Below, piece after piece: positions 36,904 through 47,318 of a stretch of 64,000 nt of DNA (position 1 is its first letter; each line of letters begins with the position of its first letter). Below the pieces are notes generated by a model that had not been told where the DNA came from, made no database searches, and was given only the letters and a program-made list of their open reading frames with translations. The stretch comes from an uncultured Bifidobacteriaceae bacterium (lineage in GTDB: Bacteria > Actinomycetota > Thermoleophilia > Miltoncostaeales > Miltoncostaeaceae): assembly GCA_964393105.1 (NCBI GenBank), contig CAYMSM010000036.1:29589-93588 (forward strand), written 5' to 3'. Made by a program: the position numbers and the translations under genes.

Positions 36904-39054
36904 ATGATGGACCGGCTGACGCACTACGTGACCCACCACCGGCGGATCGTCATCGGGGCGTGGATCGCGCTCACGCTGCTCGGGGTCTTCGCGTCGGCCA
37001 AGGTCGCCGATCGGTGGCTCGAGGACTTCTCTATCCCCGGGTACTCGGCGTACGAGGCCAACCAACGGACGGTCGGCGCGCTCGGCAACGGTGAGATCGA
37101 GCCGTTCGTCGCGGTGCTTCGCTCCGAGGGCGACGTGACGAAGGTGCCCGGCGTCGAGCAGGCGATCGATCGCGCCGTCGCGGCCACCCCGGGGGCGCGG
37201 GTCAGCTCGTACTTCACGAGCGGGGACGACGCGTACGTGTCATCGGACCGGCACGTGACGTTCGCCGAGATCTACCCCGCCGGCAAGGCCACGTTCGAGG
37301 GGGTCCCCGACGATCCCACCAGGCAAGCGCTCGCCGCCGCTGCCCCGACCGGGGTCACGACCAACCTGACGGGAATCCTGCCGCTCTTCGCCGATGCAAG
37401 CGAGGGCGAGACCGGCGGTCCCAGCGTACTCGTCGAGGCCCTGATCGGAGGACTCGGCGCGCTGGTGATCCTGTTCTTCACCTTCGGGACCCTCCCGGCG
37501 GTCGCGATTCCGCTGCTCATCGCGATCGCCTCGATCCTCAACACGTTCACGGTGATCTGGCTGTTGACGTACATCACGGACGTCTCGCTCGTCGTCCAGT
37601 TCCTGGTCGCCCTCGTGGGGCTCGGCATCGCGATCGATTATGCGCTGCTCATGATCTTCCGGTTCCGCGAAGAGCTGCGCCATGGCTCTGACCGAGACGC
37701 CGCCATCCAACAGACGATGCGTCATGCCGGGCGCTCGGTGATCATCTCCGGGTCGACCGTCGCGGTCGGCCTGATCAGCATGATCATCATCCCGCTGCCG
37801 TTCATCCGCTCGATCGGCATCGGCGGCATGCTGATCCCGGCGATCTCGGTGCTGGCGGCGATCACCCTGCTTCCCGCGTTGCTCTACTCCTTCGGGCCCC
37901 GCATCAACAGCCTGCGCGTGTTGCCGCGCCGGATGGTCGAGGGAAGCGACGACCCCGACCGCGGGCTGTGGAACCGGTGGGGTCGTACCGTGATGCGCCG
38001 GCCCGTGCCGGTCGCGCTCCTCGGCACGCTCATCGTCGGGGTGCTCGTGTACTTCGGCCTGCAGATCAACCCGAGCGACGCGCAGGCCAAGGACCTTCCC
38101 GGCGTCGGCGACGCGCACACGGGTCTTCAGGTCCTGACGGACGCCGGGATCACGGCGGGCGTGATCAAGCCGTTCCAGGTCGTCGTCGAGGGTCCGGCGA
38201 GCGTCGCCACGCTGACCGCGATCGAGCGGCGCGTGGAAGCGACCGAGGGCATCAGCGGGGCAGCCGTCTCGCCGCTGTCGCGCACAGGCGACTTCGCCCT
38301 GGTCGAGGCGTTCGCCACGACCGATGGCGCCGCCAAACCGACGCGCGAGACGATCACGCGCCTCAAGGACGAGACGATCCCCGCCATCCAGGCCGATCTC
38401 GGGCCCGGTCCCACCGTGACTTTGGCCGGGTTCCCGCCACAGGACCGTGAGTTCGTCCGCGCGGTGTACGGCACATTCCCGTGGGTGCTCTTGTTCGTTG
38501 TCGTGCTGACGTACATCCTGCTCGCCCGCGCGTTCCGGTCGCTCCTGCTGCCGCTCAAGGCGGTGATCCTCAACCTGGCGTCCCTGGTGGCCGCCTACGG
38601 GATCATCGTGCTCATCTTCCAGAAGGGGAACGGCAGCGAGGAGATCTGGAACGTCGCGTCGACCGACTCGATCATCTCGTGGATCCCGTTAATGATCTTC
38701 GCGTTCCTCTATGGCCTGTCGATGGACTACGAGGTCTTCATGCTGAGCCGCATGCGTGAGGCGTATGACGAGACCGGCGACACGCAGGCCGCGGTCGCGC
38801 TCGGGCTCGCGCGCACCGGCAAGCTCGTCACAAGCGCCGCGCTCGTCCTGATGTTCGCGTTCTTCGTGCTGTCGCTGAGCCCTGGAACCGACATCAAGCA
38901 GTTCGGCATCGGGCTGGCGGCCGGCATCATCTTCGACGCGACGGTGATCCGGGCGCTCCTGGTGCCCTCGCTGATGCGGCTGCTCGGTCGCTGGAACTGG
39001 TGGCTGCCGAAGGGCCCCGCCAGGCTCCTGCGCGTTGAGCCCAGCGAGCTGTAA
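36904..39054 (+). CDS. MMPL family (RND superfamily) transporter
   Basis: 716 aa. Two 6-TM bundles, each with LGIAIDYALLM/YGLSMDYEVFML-type motifs. Confidence 0.9.
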   Translation: MMDRLTHYVTHHRRIVIGAWIALTLLGVFASAKVADRWLEDFSIPGYSAYEANQRTVGALGNGEIEPFVAVLRSEGDVTKVPGVEQAIDRAVAATPGARVSSYFTSGDDAYVSSDRHVTFAEIYPAGKATFEGVPDDPTRQALAAAAPTGVTTNLTGILPLFADASEGETGGPSVLVEALIGGLGALVILFFTFGTLPAVAIPLLIAIASILNTFTVIWLLTYITDVSLVVQFLVALVGLGIAIDYALLMIFRFREELRHGSDRDAAIQQTMRHAGRSVIISGSTVAVGLISMIIIPLPFIRSIGIGGMLIPAISVLAAITLLPALLYSFGPRINSLRVLPRRMVEGSDDPDRGLWNRWGRTVMRRPVPVALLGTLIVGVLVYFGLQINPSDAQAKDLPGVGDAHTGLQVLTDAGITAGVIKPFQVVVEGPASVATLTAIERRVEATEGISGAAVSPLSRTGDFALVEAFATTDGAAKPTRETITRLKDETIPAIQADLGPGPTVTLAGFPPQDREFVRAVYGTFPWVLLFVVVLTYILLARAFRSLLLPLKAVILNLASLVAAYGIIVLIFQKGNGSEEIWNVASTDSIISWIPLMIFAFLYGLSMDYEVFMLSRMREAYDETGDTQAAVALGLARTGKLVTSAALVLMFAFFVLSLSPGTDIKQFGIGLAAGIIFDATVIRALLVPSLMRLLGRWNWWLPKGPARLLRVEPSEL

Positions 39055-39057
39055 ATA

Positions 39058-39091
39058 TCCGGGCCGGGTCTCGAAGGAGACCTGGCCCGGA
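39058..39091. terminator. 15-bp hairpin between convergent genes, probable terminator
   Basis: TCCGGGCCGGGTCTC-GAAG-GAGACCTGGCCCGGA (one G.U). On the minus strand it is followed by TATTTAC. Confidence 0.55.
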
Positions 39092-39118
39092 TGCGTCAGG
39101 CGATACCCGGACCTGGGC

Positions 39119-41494
39119 CTACCCGGTGACCCCCGGGATCCGGGTGGCACCTGCGATCGAGACGCGGGTGCAGCGCGTGGTCTTCGCGACCACTCCGTTC
39201 GACGGGGTTGCGATCGCCAAGTTGCAGCGTCGCCCGCTGATCGTGCGGTCGATCCGGAACGTGGCTCGCACCGTCCGGCTCTGGCCCGGGGCCAGCGTAC
39301 CGATACGCCAGCGAACCGCGCCCGTGCTGACCGATGCGCCTCGCACCTTGCCGAACACCGAGAACCCACTGGGCACGACGTCGCGCAGAACGACGCCGAG
39401 CGCGTCGGCCGTGCCGCGGTTGCTCACCGTGATGCGGTAGGTGACGAGTTGCCCCGCGATCGCCGTCGCCGGACCGGTCTTGGTCACCCGAAGGCGCGGA
39501 GAGGGGACGGGGGGCACGGGGGTGGGGCCCCCGATCACCGTCGGTGGTGGCTGCTGCGGCGTTCCGGGTGGAAGTGTCGCACAGACCGTCACTGTGATCG
39601 GGCCCGCGGTCCTGGAGGCTCCGTCAAGGGCCATGGTGGCGACGTTGTCGTAGTCCAAACACCCCGTCGTCGCCGGGCCGGTCAAGCTCCTCATGTAGGT
39701 CGTCGTTGTGGTCTTGCTGATCGGACCTTCGAAGAGCGTTTGAATCGGTCGGTCCGAGAACGCGTCCGTTACGGTCACGGAGTCGTTGACCACGGTCGTC
39801 GGGTCTCCGACGACGACGGCCGCTGATCCCGATGCCGATGTCGGCTGGCCGTTGACGGTGAAGGCGGCCGTTGCGGTGTTCGTCCCGGTCGGCTTCGCGT
39901 TGCCAACATCGCAGGAGTAGCTGAACGACGTCATCCCGTTGGCCGGAACCGAGGCCACCGAGCCGGCCACGGTGCAGGTGCCCAGCGCGGGATCGAGCTG
40001 ATCTGTCACCGTCACCGGCAGCGCGGTCGGGTAGGGGCTCTTGACGGTAATGGAGCCGGCGACCTTGAAGCCCGTGTCGGTTGGAGCGCTCTTGGTTGCC
40101 GTGACCGTGTAGGTGGCGGTAGCCGACCCGCCCGGTGCGACGTTGAACCTCGTGCTGTCCACGCTCTTCGTGATCGTCCAGTCGAAGGTGCGTGTGAACT
40201 CGACGTTCGCGGTCTTGGTCACGACGACCTCGCACACGACGAACGTCGTCGCGGGAACGCTCGTCTTCGTGAGCTCCACAGCCGGCATCGGCGGCATGTG
40301 CGGTTTGTCCTTGGGTTTGTCACCCGGCTTTGGCGTGTTCCTCTTGTGCTTCTTCGATCGCTTGACCACAGCCTTCTTCCTTGCGCCCGCCTTGGTCTTG
40401 GAGCTCTCGTACTTGGCGTCGCCGTCCCTGGCCTTGTCGCCTCCACGTGCCTTGCCCGGACGGGACTTGACGGTCACGGTCACGGTGTTCGAGACCACGC
40501 CACACGCGTTGGCCGCCTGCGTTCCGACGTAGGTCAGGGTCTCACCGGGAGTCAGGACGCCGTCGTCCTTGACGCAGTGGTCGTTCTTCGAGAGGGACTT
40601 GGACGAGTGGTTCCTGTCGTCGTCCTTGCATTCGGGGTCGTCGTTGTCCTTGCAGTCGTCCTTCGCGGACGTCGGCGATTTGGACGAGTTCTTCTTCTCG
40701 CAGGTCGAGGACCTCGGCGTCCTCACGCTCTTGGCGTGCTTCGCGGAGCCGGTGGGCATGTTGCTCGAGGGCGGGCCGAACGTGACGCCGGGGTCGGTCA
40801 GAACGGGGTTGGAGAGCGGCATGTTGCCCGTGTTGGTGACCGTCACGATCCACTCGATGGTCGCACCCTGGTTGTAGCTCGACGCCTTGGCCACCTTGGT
40901 GACCTCGAAGTCGGGGCATCGCAGGAAGATCTTCGCGGTCGCTGACGCCTCAATGGCGGCGCTCTGCTGCTCGGCGACCTTGGCGGAGGCCGTCTCCTCG
41001 GCCGTCACCTTCACGGTGTTCCTCACCCAACCGCAGGTCTTGGCCATCGCCTGGGTGCCGGTGTAGGTCAGGGTCTCGTGCTTCTGGAGCAGCGTCGGAT
41101 CGTCGACGCACGACGAGCCGTTGCTGCTGTTGGTGTGGTCCGACTTGTCGTCCTCGTCGGGCTTGGCGGCGCAGTGCTCGTCGAAGGAGCTGGCGGGGTC
41201 GCCGAAATCGACGTCCGGATCGACCAGGGTGATGTTCCCCAGATCGCGCTTGCCGTCGTTGGTGACGACCACCTTCCAAGTGATGGTCGTGGTTTCACCG
41301 GCGGTTTCGGCCTTGACGGCCTTCTTGGACACCTTGATGTCGCTGGAATGCGGGTCGGTCTCGGACCCGCTGGCCAACACGGTGGCCGGCAGCGCTACGG
41401 TGGCGCCGAGCGCCACCAGCAGGGCACATGCTTTCGCCCATCGTCGAACGTTCACTGCAAGTCTCCTCATCGAGCTATCTACTTTTAGGGACAT
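39119..41494 (-). CDS. secreted DUF11/CARDB-like repeat protein
   Basis: Signal peptide MRRLAVNVRRWAKACALLVALGATVALPATVLA. Repeated modules VVVTNDGKRDLGNITLVDP, VTVTNTGNMPLSNPVLTDP and ITVSNRGTADALGVVLRDV. Lys-rich linker. Confidence 0.8.
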   Translation of the reverse strand: MSLKVDSSMRRLAVNVRRWAKACALLVALGATVALPATVLASGSETDPHSSDIKVSKKAVKAETAGETTTITWKVVVTNDGKRDLGNITLVDPDVDFGDPASSFDEHCAAKPDEDDKSDHTNSSNGSSCVDDPTLLQKHETLTYTGTQAMAKTCGWVRNTVKVTAEETASAKVAEQQSAAIEASATAKIFLRCPDFEVTKVAKASSYNQGATIEWIVTVTNTGNMPLSNPVLTDPGVTFGPPSSNMPTGSAKHAKSVRTPRSSTCEKKNSSKSPTSAKDDCKDNDDPECKDDDRNHSSKSLSKNDHCVKDDGVLTPGETLTYVGTQAANACGVVSNTVTVTVKSRPGKARGGDKARDGDAKYESSKTKAGARKKAVVKRSKKHKRNTPKPGDKPKDKPHMPPMPAVELTKTSVPATTFVVCEVVVTKTANVEFTRTFDWTITKSVDSTRFNVAPGGSATATYTVTATKSAPTDTGFKVAGSITVKSPYPTALPVTVTDQLDPALGTCTVAGSVASVPANGMTSFSYSCDVGNAKPTGTNTATAAFTVNGQPTSASGSAAVVVGDPTTVVNDSVTVTDAFSDRPIQTLFEGPISKTTTTTYMRSLTGPATTGCLDYDNVATMALDGASRTAGPITVTVCATLPPGTPQQPPPTVIGGPTPVPPVPSPRLRVTKTGPATAIAGQLVTYRITVSNRGTADALGVVLRDVVPSGFSVFGKVRGASVSTGAVRWRIGTLAPGQSRTVRATFRIDRTISGRRCNLAIATPSNGVVAKTTRCTRVSIAGATRIPGVTG

Positions 41495-41693
41495 TTTGAG
41501 TCCATGAAGAGGACGCGGTCAACATACATTCCTCCTGCAGTTAGTTACTAGGTCCCAGACCGACGGATTCCCAACCCTTGATCGGCAGCTCCTGGCTCCT
41601 CAGCCGCGAGAGGGGCTCGGTGGCGGACGGCCACCTCGACGCCTCGCGCGACGTGCCATGTCGCGTCGGGCGTATTGATACCCTGGCGAGCCG

Positions 41694-42707
41694 GTGAACC
41701 CAGCTCCTGACATCGATTCGGTCCAGTCCGAGGCGCTCGCGGCGATCGCAGCCGCGGACGACCTCGCGGCGCTCGGGGAGGCCCGCGTCCGTCACACGGG
41801 ACGCAAGAGCGTGCTGGCGGCGACGCTGGCGTCGATCGGCTCGCTTCCGCCCGAGCAGCGCGGACCCGTCGGGAAGGCCGCCAATACGGCGCGGCAGGCG
41901 GTCGAGGTGGCGTTGGCCAAGCGTCAGGAGTCGCTCGAGGCCGACGCGATGGGCGCGCGGCTGGCGGCCGAGCGCGTGGACATCTCGCTGCCCGGCGACC
42001 CGCACCCGGTCGGCGCGGTTCACATCGTCACGCAGCTCTGGCACGAGATCGAGGAGATCTTCATCGGCATGGGTTGGCAGATCGCCGACGGCCCGCACGT
42101 CGAGGACGACTTCCACAACTTCACGGCGTTGAACATCCCCGAGGGGCACCCGGCGCGTGCCGAGACCGATACGTTCTTCGTGGCCGGCCACCCCAATGTC
42201 GTGCTGCGCACCCACACCTCCCCCGTGCAGGTGCGCGTGATGGAGGCACAGGAGCCGCCCATCTACGTCGTATGTCCCGGCGCGACATACCGGCGCGAGG
42301 ACATCGACGCCACACACGGCGCCATGTTCCACCAGCTCGAGGGCCTCGCGGTCGACGAGGGCCTGTCGATGGCCCACCTCAAGGGCATGCTCCAGCATTT
42401 CGTCCGGGAGCTCCTGGGACCGAGCTTCGAGATCCGGTTGCGGCCCGACTACTTCCCGTTCACGGAGCCCTCGGTCGAGGTCGACGTGTTGTGGACCGAT
42501 CGCCACGGCCGGCAGACCTGGCTCGAGCTCCTGGGCGCGGGCATGGTCGATCCCAACGTCTTCGCACACTGCGGCATCGACTCCGAGCGCTGGACCGGGT
42601 TCGCCTGGGGCATGGGCCTCGAACGCGTGGCGATGCTCCGCCACGGCGTCGGCGACCTGCGCCTGCTCTTCGACAGCGACCTCAGGTTCCTGGAGCAGTT
42701 CGGATGA
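41694..42707 (+). CDS. pheS: phenylalanine--tRNA ligase alpha subunit
   Basis: FTALNIPEGHPAR, RTHTSPVQ, FHQLEG and GAGMVDPNV motifs. Confidence 0.95.
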   Translation: MNPAPDIDSVQSEALAAIAAADDLAALGEARVRHTGRKSVLAATLASIGSLPPEQRGPVGKAANTARQAVEVALAKRQESLEADAMGARLAAERVDISLPGDPHPVGAVHIVTQLWHEIEEIFIGMGWQIADGPHVEDDFHNFTALNIPEGHPARAETDTFFVAGHPNVVLRTHTSPVQVRVMEAQEPPIYVVCPGATYRREDIDATHGAMFHQLEGLAVDEGLSMAHLKGMLQHFVRELLGPSFEIRLRPDYFPFTEPSVEVDVLWTDRHGRQTWLELLGAGMVDPNVFAHCGIDSERWTGFAWGMGLERVAMLRHGVGDLRLLFDSDLRFLEQFG

Positions 42708-45127
42708 GAGTCCCCATGTCGTGGCTGAGCGAGTTGGTGGATCATGGGCTGTCCGCCGAAGAGCTCGCGGGGCGGTTGACCGATGCCGGGATCAAGGTCG
42801 ATGCGATTCACCGACGGGGCGCGCCGGACACGGACGGCAACCTCGATCGGTTCCGGGTGGGCAAGGTCGTCGAGGCCGGACGGCACCCCAACGCGGACCG
42901 CCTGAGCGTGTGCCGGGTGGACGTCGGTGGTGATGAGCCCCAGCAGATCGTGTGCGGGGCGTCGAACGTCGCGACCGGCCAGACCGTGGCGGTCGCGATG
43001 CCGGGGGCGCTGCTCCCCGGCTTCGACAAGCCGCTCGGCGTCGCGAAGCTGCGCGGAATCGAGAGCTACGGGATGATCCTGTCGGCTCGCGAGGTCGAGT
43101 TGGGTGACGATCACGACGGCATCATGGTTCTGGACGACGGCCTGGTGGCGGGAAGTCCCCTGGCCCGGGCGCTTCCCCTGTCGGAGACCGTGATCGAGAT
43201 GGAGCTCGCGGCCAACCGCCCGGACCTGCTGGGCATGTGGGGCGTCGCGCGCGAGGTCGCCGCCGTCACCGGGGCGCCGCTGCGCGACCCCGATACCACA
43301 ATGCCGGGCGCAGCCGGATCGGGCACGATCGCGGACCACGTCGCGTTGCAGGTGGACGCGCCGGACCTGTGCCCCCGGTACATGGCGAGCGTGCTGACCG
43401 ATGTGCACGTCGCCCCGTCTCCCGACTGGCTCCGGGTGCGGCTCGAAGCCGCCGGGATGCGCGCGATCTCGAACGTCGTCGACATCACCAACTACGCGAT
43501 GCTCCTGACCGGACAGCCGCTCCACGCGTTCGACCTCGACCACGTTGCAGGGGCGCGCATCGTCGTGCGCCGGGCCACCGACGGCGAGACCATCGTCACG
43601 CTCGACGATGTCGAGCGCACGCTCGACAGCTCGATGCTGGCGATCTGCGACGCCCACAAGCCCGCCGTCATCGCGGGCGTGTTCGGAGCGGCCACCGCCG
43701 AGGTCAACGACGCGACGACCCGGGTGTTGCTCGAGGCCGCCACGTTCGTCGGTCCCAATATCCTCGCAACCGCCTGGGGCCTGGGGCTTCGCACGGAGTC
43801 CAGCCGACGGTTCGAGAAGGGACTCCCGCGACAGTTGCCACCGGTCGGCATGGCGGTCGCGTGCCGGATGCTTGCCGACATCTGCGGCGCGACGCTGGTG
43901 CCGGGTACGCTGGACGCCTCCGTCGACGAGCCGGCGTCGCAGCCGATCCGTCTTCGCCACGCGCGCGCCGAGGCGATCCTGGCGATGCCGGCGCCGGCCG
44001 ATCGCTCATCGACGATCCTGCGCAGCCTCGGATGCACGGTCACCGAGGGCCCGGACGCGCACGAGGTGGCCGTTCCGTTCTGGCGCTCCGGCGACCTGCA
44101 ACGCGAGATCGACCTCATCGAGGAGGTCGGTCGCCACACCGGCTTGGAGCACATCACGGCAGAGCTGCCCCGGATCGTGGCCCGCGCCAAGCGCACGCCG
44201 ATGCAGTCGTTGCGCCGCCGGCTGACGCGGCTCGCCGCCGACGTCGGGTTCAGCGAGGCGATAACGCTGCACTTCGTCCCCGCGTCAGACGCCGACCGGC
44301 TGCACCTGGTGGCGGACGACCCGCGGCGTCAGGTCGTGCGGCTGGCCAACCCGCTGTCGGAGGACGTCGCGGTGATGCGCCGCGCACTTCTTCCCGGTCT
44401 GCTTCGGGCCGCCGCGCGTAACCAGGCCCATCAGCATCCGAGCGGCGCCATCTTCGAAGTGGGGCGGACGTATGCGCCCCGACCCGACGGCCTCGCCGAC
44501 GAACGCGAATGGCTGGTCGCAATGATGTTCGGCCAACCGGCACGAGACCACTGGCGCGCGCCTGCGAGAGCGGTGGACTTCTGGGCGGCCAAAGGCGTCG
44601 CAGAGACCCTCGCGCGTGCGGCGGATGTCCGCGTGACCGTGGCGTCCGCGTCGGCGAACTACGGGCATCCGGTGCGCCAGGCCGAGCTGCGGGCAGGTGG
44701 CGCCAAGGTCGGTTGGGTGGGGGAGATCCACCCGGCGGTGCTCCGCAACTTCGACGTCCGTGGTCCCGTCGCGGTCGTCGGTTTGGACCTCCAGGCGCTG
44801 CTCGACGCAGCCCCGGCGGAGCGGCCGGCCTTCGAGGACCTGCTGTCGGTGCCCGCTTCGACCCGGGACCTGGCGCTCGTCGTCGGCGACACCGTGCGGG
44901 CATCGGACCTGATCGCGGCGGCGCGGAACTCGGGCGGGGCGCTGGTCCGCGACGTCCGGCTGTTCGACCGGTACGTCGGCGATCCGGTGCCCGCGGGCAA
45001 GGTCAGCCTGGCCCTCCGGTTGACGATCGCCGATCCGGGCCGGACGTTGACCGACGACGAGATCGAGGCCCCGGTCGGTGCGGTCATCGCGGCGCTGCGA
45101 GATGGTTTCGAGGCGGAGCTCAGGTGA
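42704..45127 (+). CDS. pheT: phenylalanine--tRNA ligase beta subunit
   Basis: ATGA overlap with pheS. MRVPMSWLSELV, tRNA-binding domain (HPNADRLSVCRVDVG), B3/4, B5 and FDX-ACB regions. Confidence 0.95.
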   Translation: MRVPMSWLSELVDHGLSAEELAGRLTDAGIKVDAIHRRGAPDTDGNLDRFRVGKVVEAGRHPNADRLSVCRVDVGGDEPQQIVCGASNVATGQTVAVAMPGALLPGFDKPLGVAKLRGIESYGMILSAREVELGDDHDGIMVLDDGLVAGSPLARALPLSETVIEMELAANRPDLLGMWGVAREVAAVTGAPLRDPDTTMPGAAGSGTIADHVALQVDAPDLCPRYMASVLTDVHVAPSPDWLRVRLEAAGMRAISNVVDITNYAMLLTGQPLHAFDLDHVAGARIVVRRATDGETIVTLDDVERTLDSSMLAICDAHKPAVIAGVFGAATAEVNDATTRVLLEAATFVGPNILATAWGLGLRTESSRRFEKGLPRQLPPVGMAVACRMLADICGATLVPGTLDASVDEPASQPIRLRHARAEAILAMPAPADRSSTILRSLGCTVTEGPDAHEVAVPFWRSGDLQREIDLIEEVGRHTGLEHITAELPRIVARAKRTPMQSLRRRLTRLAADVGFSEAITLHFVPASDADRLHLVADDPRRQVVRLANPLSEDVAVMRRALLPGLLRAAARNQAHQHPSGAIFEVGRTYAPRPDGLADEREWLVAMMFGQPARDHWRAPARAVDFWAAKGVAETLARAADVRVTVASASANYGHPVRQAELRAGGAKVGWVGEIHPAVLRNFDVRGPVAVVGLDLQALLDAAPAERPAFEDLLSVPASTRDLALVVGDTVRASDLIAAARNSGGALVRDVRLFDRYVGDPVPAGKVSLALRLTIADPGRTLTDDEIEAPVGAVIAALRDGFEAELR

Positions 45128-46101
45128 AAGTCCACGTCATTGGTGCCGCGGGGTTTGCGGGCGCGCAGCTGGCGGCGCTCGTCGACGCCCACCCGACCTT
45201 CGAGCTGGGGCAGATCACCGCCCGGGCCGATGTCGGGCGTCGGCTCGTCGACGTTGCGCCGCAGTACCGGGTCGACAGGAAGCTGACTCTCTACGATCCT
45301 GAGGCTGTTTCGTCCCGCGACCTCGCGGCCGTTGCCTACCCGCATGCCGAGGCCGCGCCGCTGGTCGCTGACCTCGTTGATCGTGGCGTTCGGGTCGTCG
45401 ACATCTCGGCCGATCATCGGCTGCGCGACATCGCCGCGTACCCGGCCTGGTACGGGTTCGACCATCCCCGCCCCGACCTTGTCGCCGAGGCCGTCTACGG
45501 ACTCCCCGAGCGCCACCGCGACGCCATCCGTACGGCACGGCTCGTGGCCAACCCCGGGTGTTATCCCGAGGCGTCGATCCTGGGGCTCTTGCCGCTCGTC
45601 GGCCAGATCGTCGATGTCGTCATCGACGCGAAGAGCGGGGTCAGCGGCGCCGGCCGCACCCCGACGGACACCGTGCACTTCTCGTCGGTCACCGAGAGCG
45701 TCATTGCCTACAAGGTCTATGGGCACCGCCATACGCCCGAGATCGCGCAGGAGCTGGGGGTCGAGGTCACGTTCACGCCGCACCTGGTTCCGGTCGACCG
45801 TGGGTTGCTCGCGACGTGTTACGCGCGTCTGATCGACGGTCCGATGGACGGCGACGTTCTGAGGCAGCGTTACGCGGACTTCTACGCCGACCATCCGTTC
45901 GTCGAGGTGGTCGAGGAGCCACCGGGCATGCGCGCCGTCCAGCACACCAACTACGCGCAGGTATGCCCGATGATCGCCCCGGGCGGTGATCGGGTGACGG
46001 TGTTCTCGGTCATCGACAACCTGGGTAAGGGCGCCGCGGGGCAAGCGCTGCAGAACCTGAACCTGATCGCGGGCCGCCCCGAGGACGAGGGCCTCCGCTG
46101 A
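45124..46101 (+). CDS. argC: N-acetyl-gamma-glutamyl-phosphate reductase
   Basis: GTGA overlap with pheT. IGAAGFAGAQL, ANPGCYPE and VIDAKSGVSGAGR motifs. Confidence 0.95.
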   Translation: MKVHVIGAAGFAGAQLAALVDAHPTFELGQITARADVGRRLVDVAPQYRVDRKLTLYDPEAVSSRDLAAVAYPHAEAAPLVADLVDRGVRVVDISADHRLRDIAAYPAWYGFDHPRPDLVAEAVYGLPERHRDAIRTARLVANPGCYPEASILGLLPLVGQIVDVVIDAKSGVSGAGRTPTDTVHFSSVTESVIAYKVYGHRHTPEIAQELGVEVTFTPHLVPVDRGLLATCYARLIDGPMDGDVLRQRYADFYADHPFVEVVEEPPGMRAVQHTNYAQVCPMIAPGGDRVTVFSVIDNLGKGAAGQALQNLNLIAGRPEDEGLR

Positions 46102-46112
46102 GCGGGCTCGAG

Positions 46113-47318
46113 GTGCTCCGCCAGGACTGGCTGGGCCTGCCGTCAGAGTTGGAACGGCTCGCCGAAGGAGGGGTCGCATCGCCGAATGGCTTCGTGGCGA
46201 GCGGCGTCGCCGCCGGGCTCAAGGAGTCGGGAGGTCTGGACATCGGGGTGTTGATGAGCACCCGGCACGCGACCTCCGCGCTCGTCGACACGTCGAGCGC
46301 CCTCCCGTCGGCGTCCGTGATCCACACGCGCAGCATCGACTCGGCGCATGTCCAGGCCGTCGTCGTCAATGCCGGCAACGCAAACGCCGAGACCGGCGCC
46401 CAGGGCATCCGCGACGCCGGGACGATGGGCGCCGTCGCAGCGGCAGAGCTTGGAATCGACCCCGGTCAGGTGGCCGTCTGCTCGACCGGCGTGATCGGCC
46501 GGCGGTTCGAGATGGAGCGGGTCACGGCAGGCGTGGCCGCTGCGGCCTCGGCTGTGACAGCCGCGGGGAGCGCGAGCTTCGGCCAGGCGATCTGCACCAC
46601 CGACCGTGCGCCCAAGGGCGGCGCCTTTCGCCTGCGCCTCCCCTCGGGCGAGTACGCGATCGGCGCGGCGGCGAAAGGCGCGGGGATGATCTCGCCGCGG
46701 ATGGCGACGATGCTCGCCTACATCACGACCGATGCGCCATTCGACGCGCGGGTGCTGCAGCCACTGGTCAAGCAGGCCGCAGCAGAGTCCTTCAACCGCA
46801 TCAGCGTCGACGGCCAGATGAGCCCATCCGACACTCTGCTGGTCATGGCAAACGGCGAGGGTCCCAAGCTGATCGGCGCCGACGCCGAGACGTTCGGTGT
46901 GGCGCTGCGCGCGATCTGCCGGTGGCTCGCGCTCCAGATCGTGCGCGACGGCGAGGGTGCCGAGCACGTCGTCCGGCTCCTGGTCCACGGCGGCAAGGAC
47001 GAAGCCGAGGCCGAGCACGTCGCGCGCGCGATCGCCAACTCCCCGCTGGTCAAGGCTGCGGTCTATGGCCGGGACGCCAACTGGGGCCGGCTGTCACAGG
47101 CGATCGGCGCCGCGTTGGCCGGCACACCCGGCCCGCCGCCGGTACCGTCGGTCACGTTCGACGGCCTGGCACCGACCGATCCTGGCATCGACGAGGTGAT
47201 GGCCCGCGAGGAATACGAGATGCACATCGGCCTGGGCCGCGGTGAGGGCCTCGCCGAGCTCTTCTTCTGCGACCTGACCCACGCCTACGTGAGCATCAAC
47301 GCCGACTACCGCACGTAG
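46113..47318 (+). CDS. argJ: bifunctional glutamate N-acetyltransferase/amino-acid acetyltransferase
   Basis: NAGNANA, GVIG and the autoprocessing site ATMLAYITTDA. Confidence 0.9.
   Translation: MLRQDWLGLPSELERLAEGGVASPNGFVASGVAAGLKESGGLDIGVLMSTRHATSALVDTSSALPSASVIHTRSIDSAHVQAVVVNAGNANAETGAQGIRDAGTMGAVAAAELGIDPGQVAVCSTGVIGRRFEMERVTAGVAAAASAVTAAGSASFGQAICTTDRAPKGGAFRLRLPSGEYAIGAAAKGAGMISPRMATMLAYITTDAPFDARVLQPLVKQAAAESFNRISVDGQMSPSDTLLVMANGEGPKLIGADAETFGVALRAICRWLALQIVRDGEGAEHVVRLLVHGGKDEAEAEHVARAIANSPLVKAAVYGRDANWGRLSQAIGAALAGTPGPPPVPSVTFDGLAPTDPGIDEVMAREEYEMHIGLGRGEGLAELFFCDLTHAYVSINADYRT

Noticed and set aside
39624-40945. Several 100-215-aa ORFs in other frames or strands across the DUF11 gene
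   Set aside because: They are nested in a long frame with clear signal peptide and repeat-domain logic, and their compositions are Arg/Gly-rich and off-frame-like.
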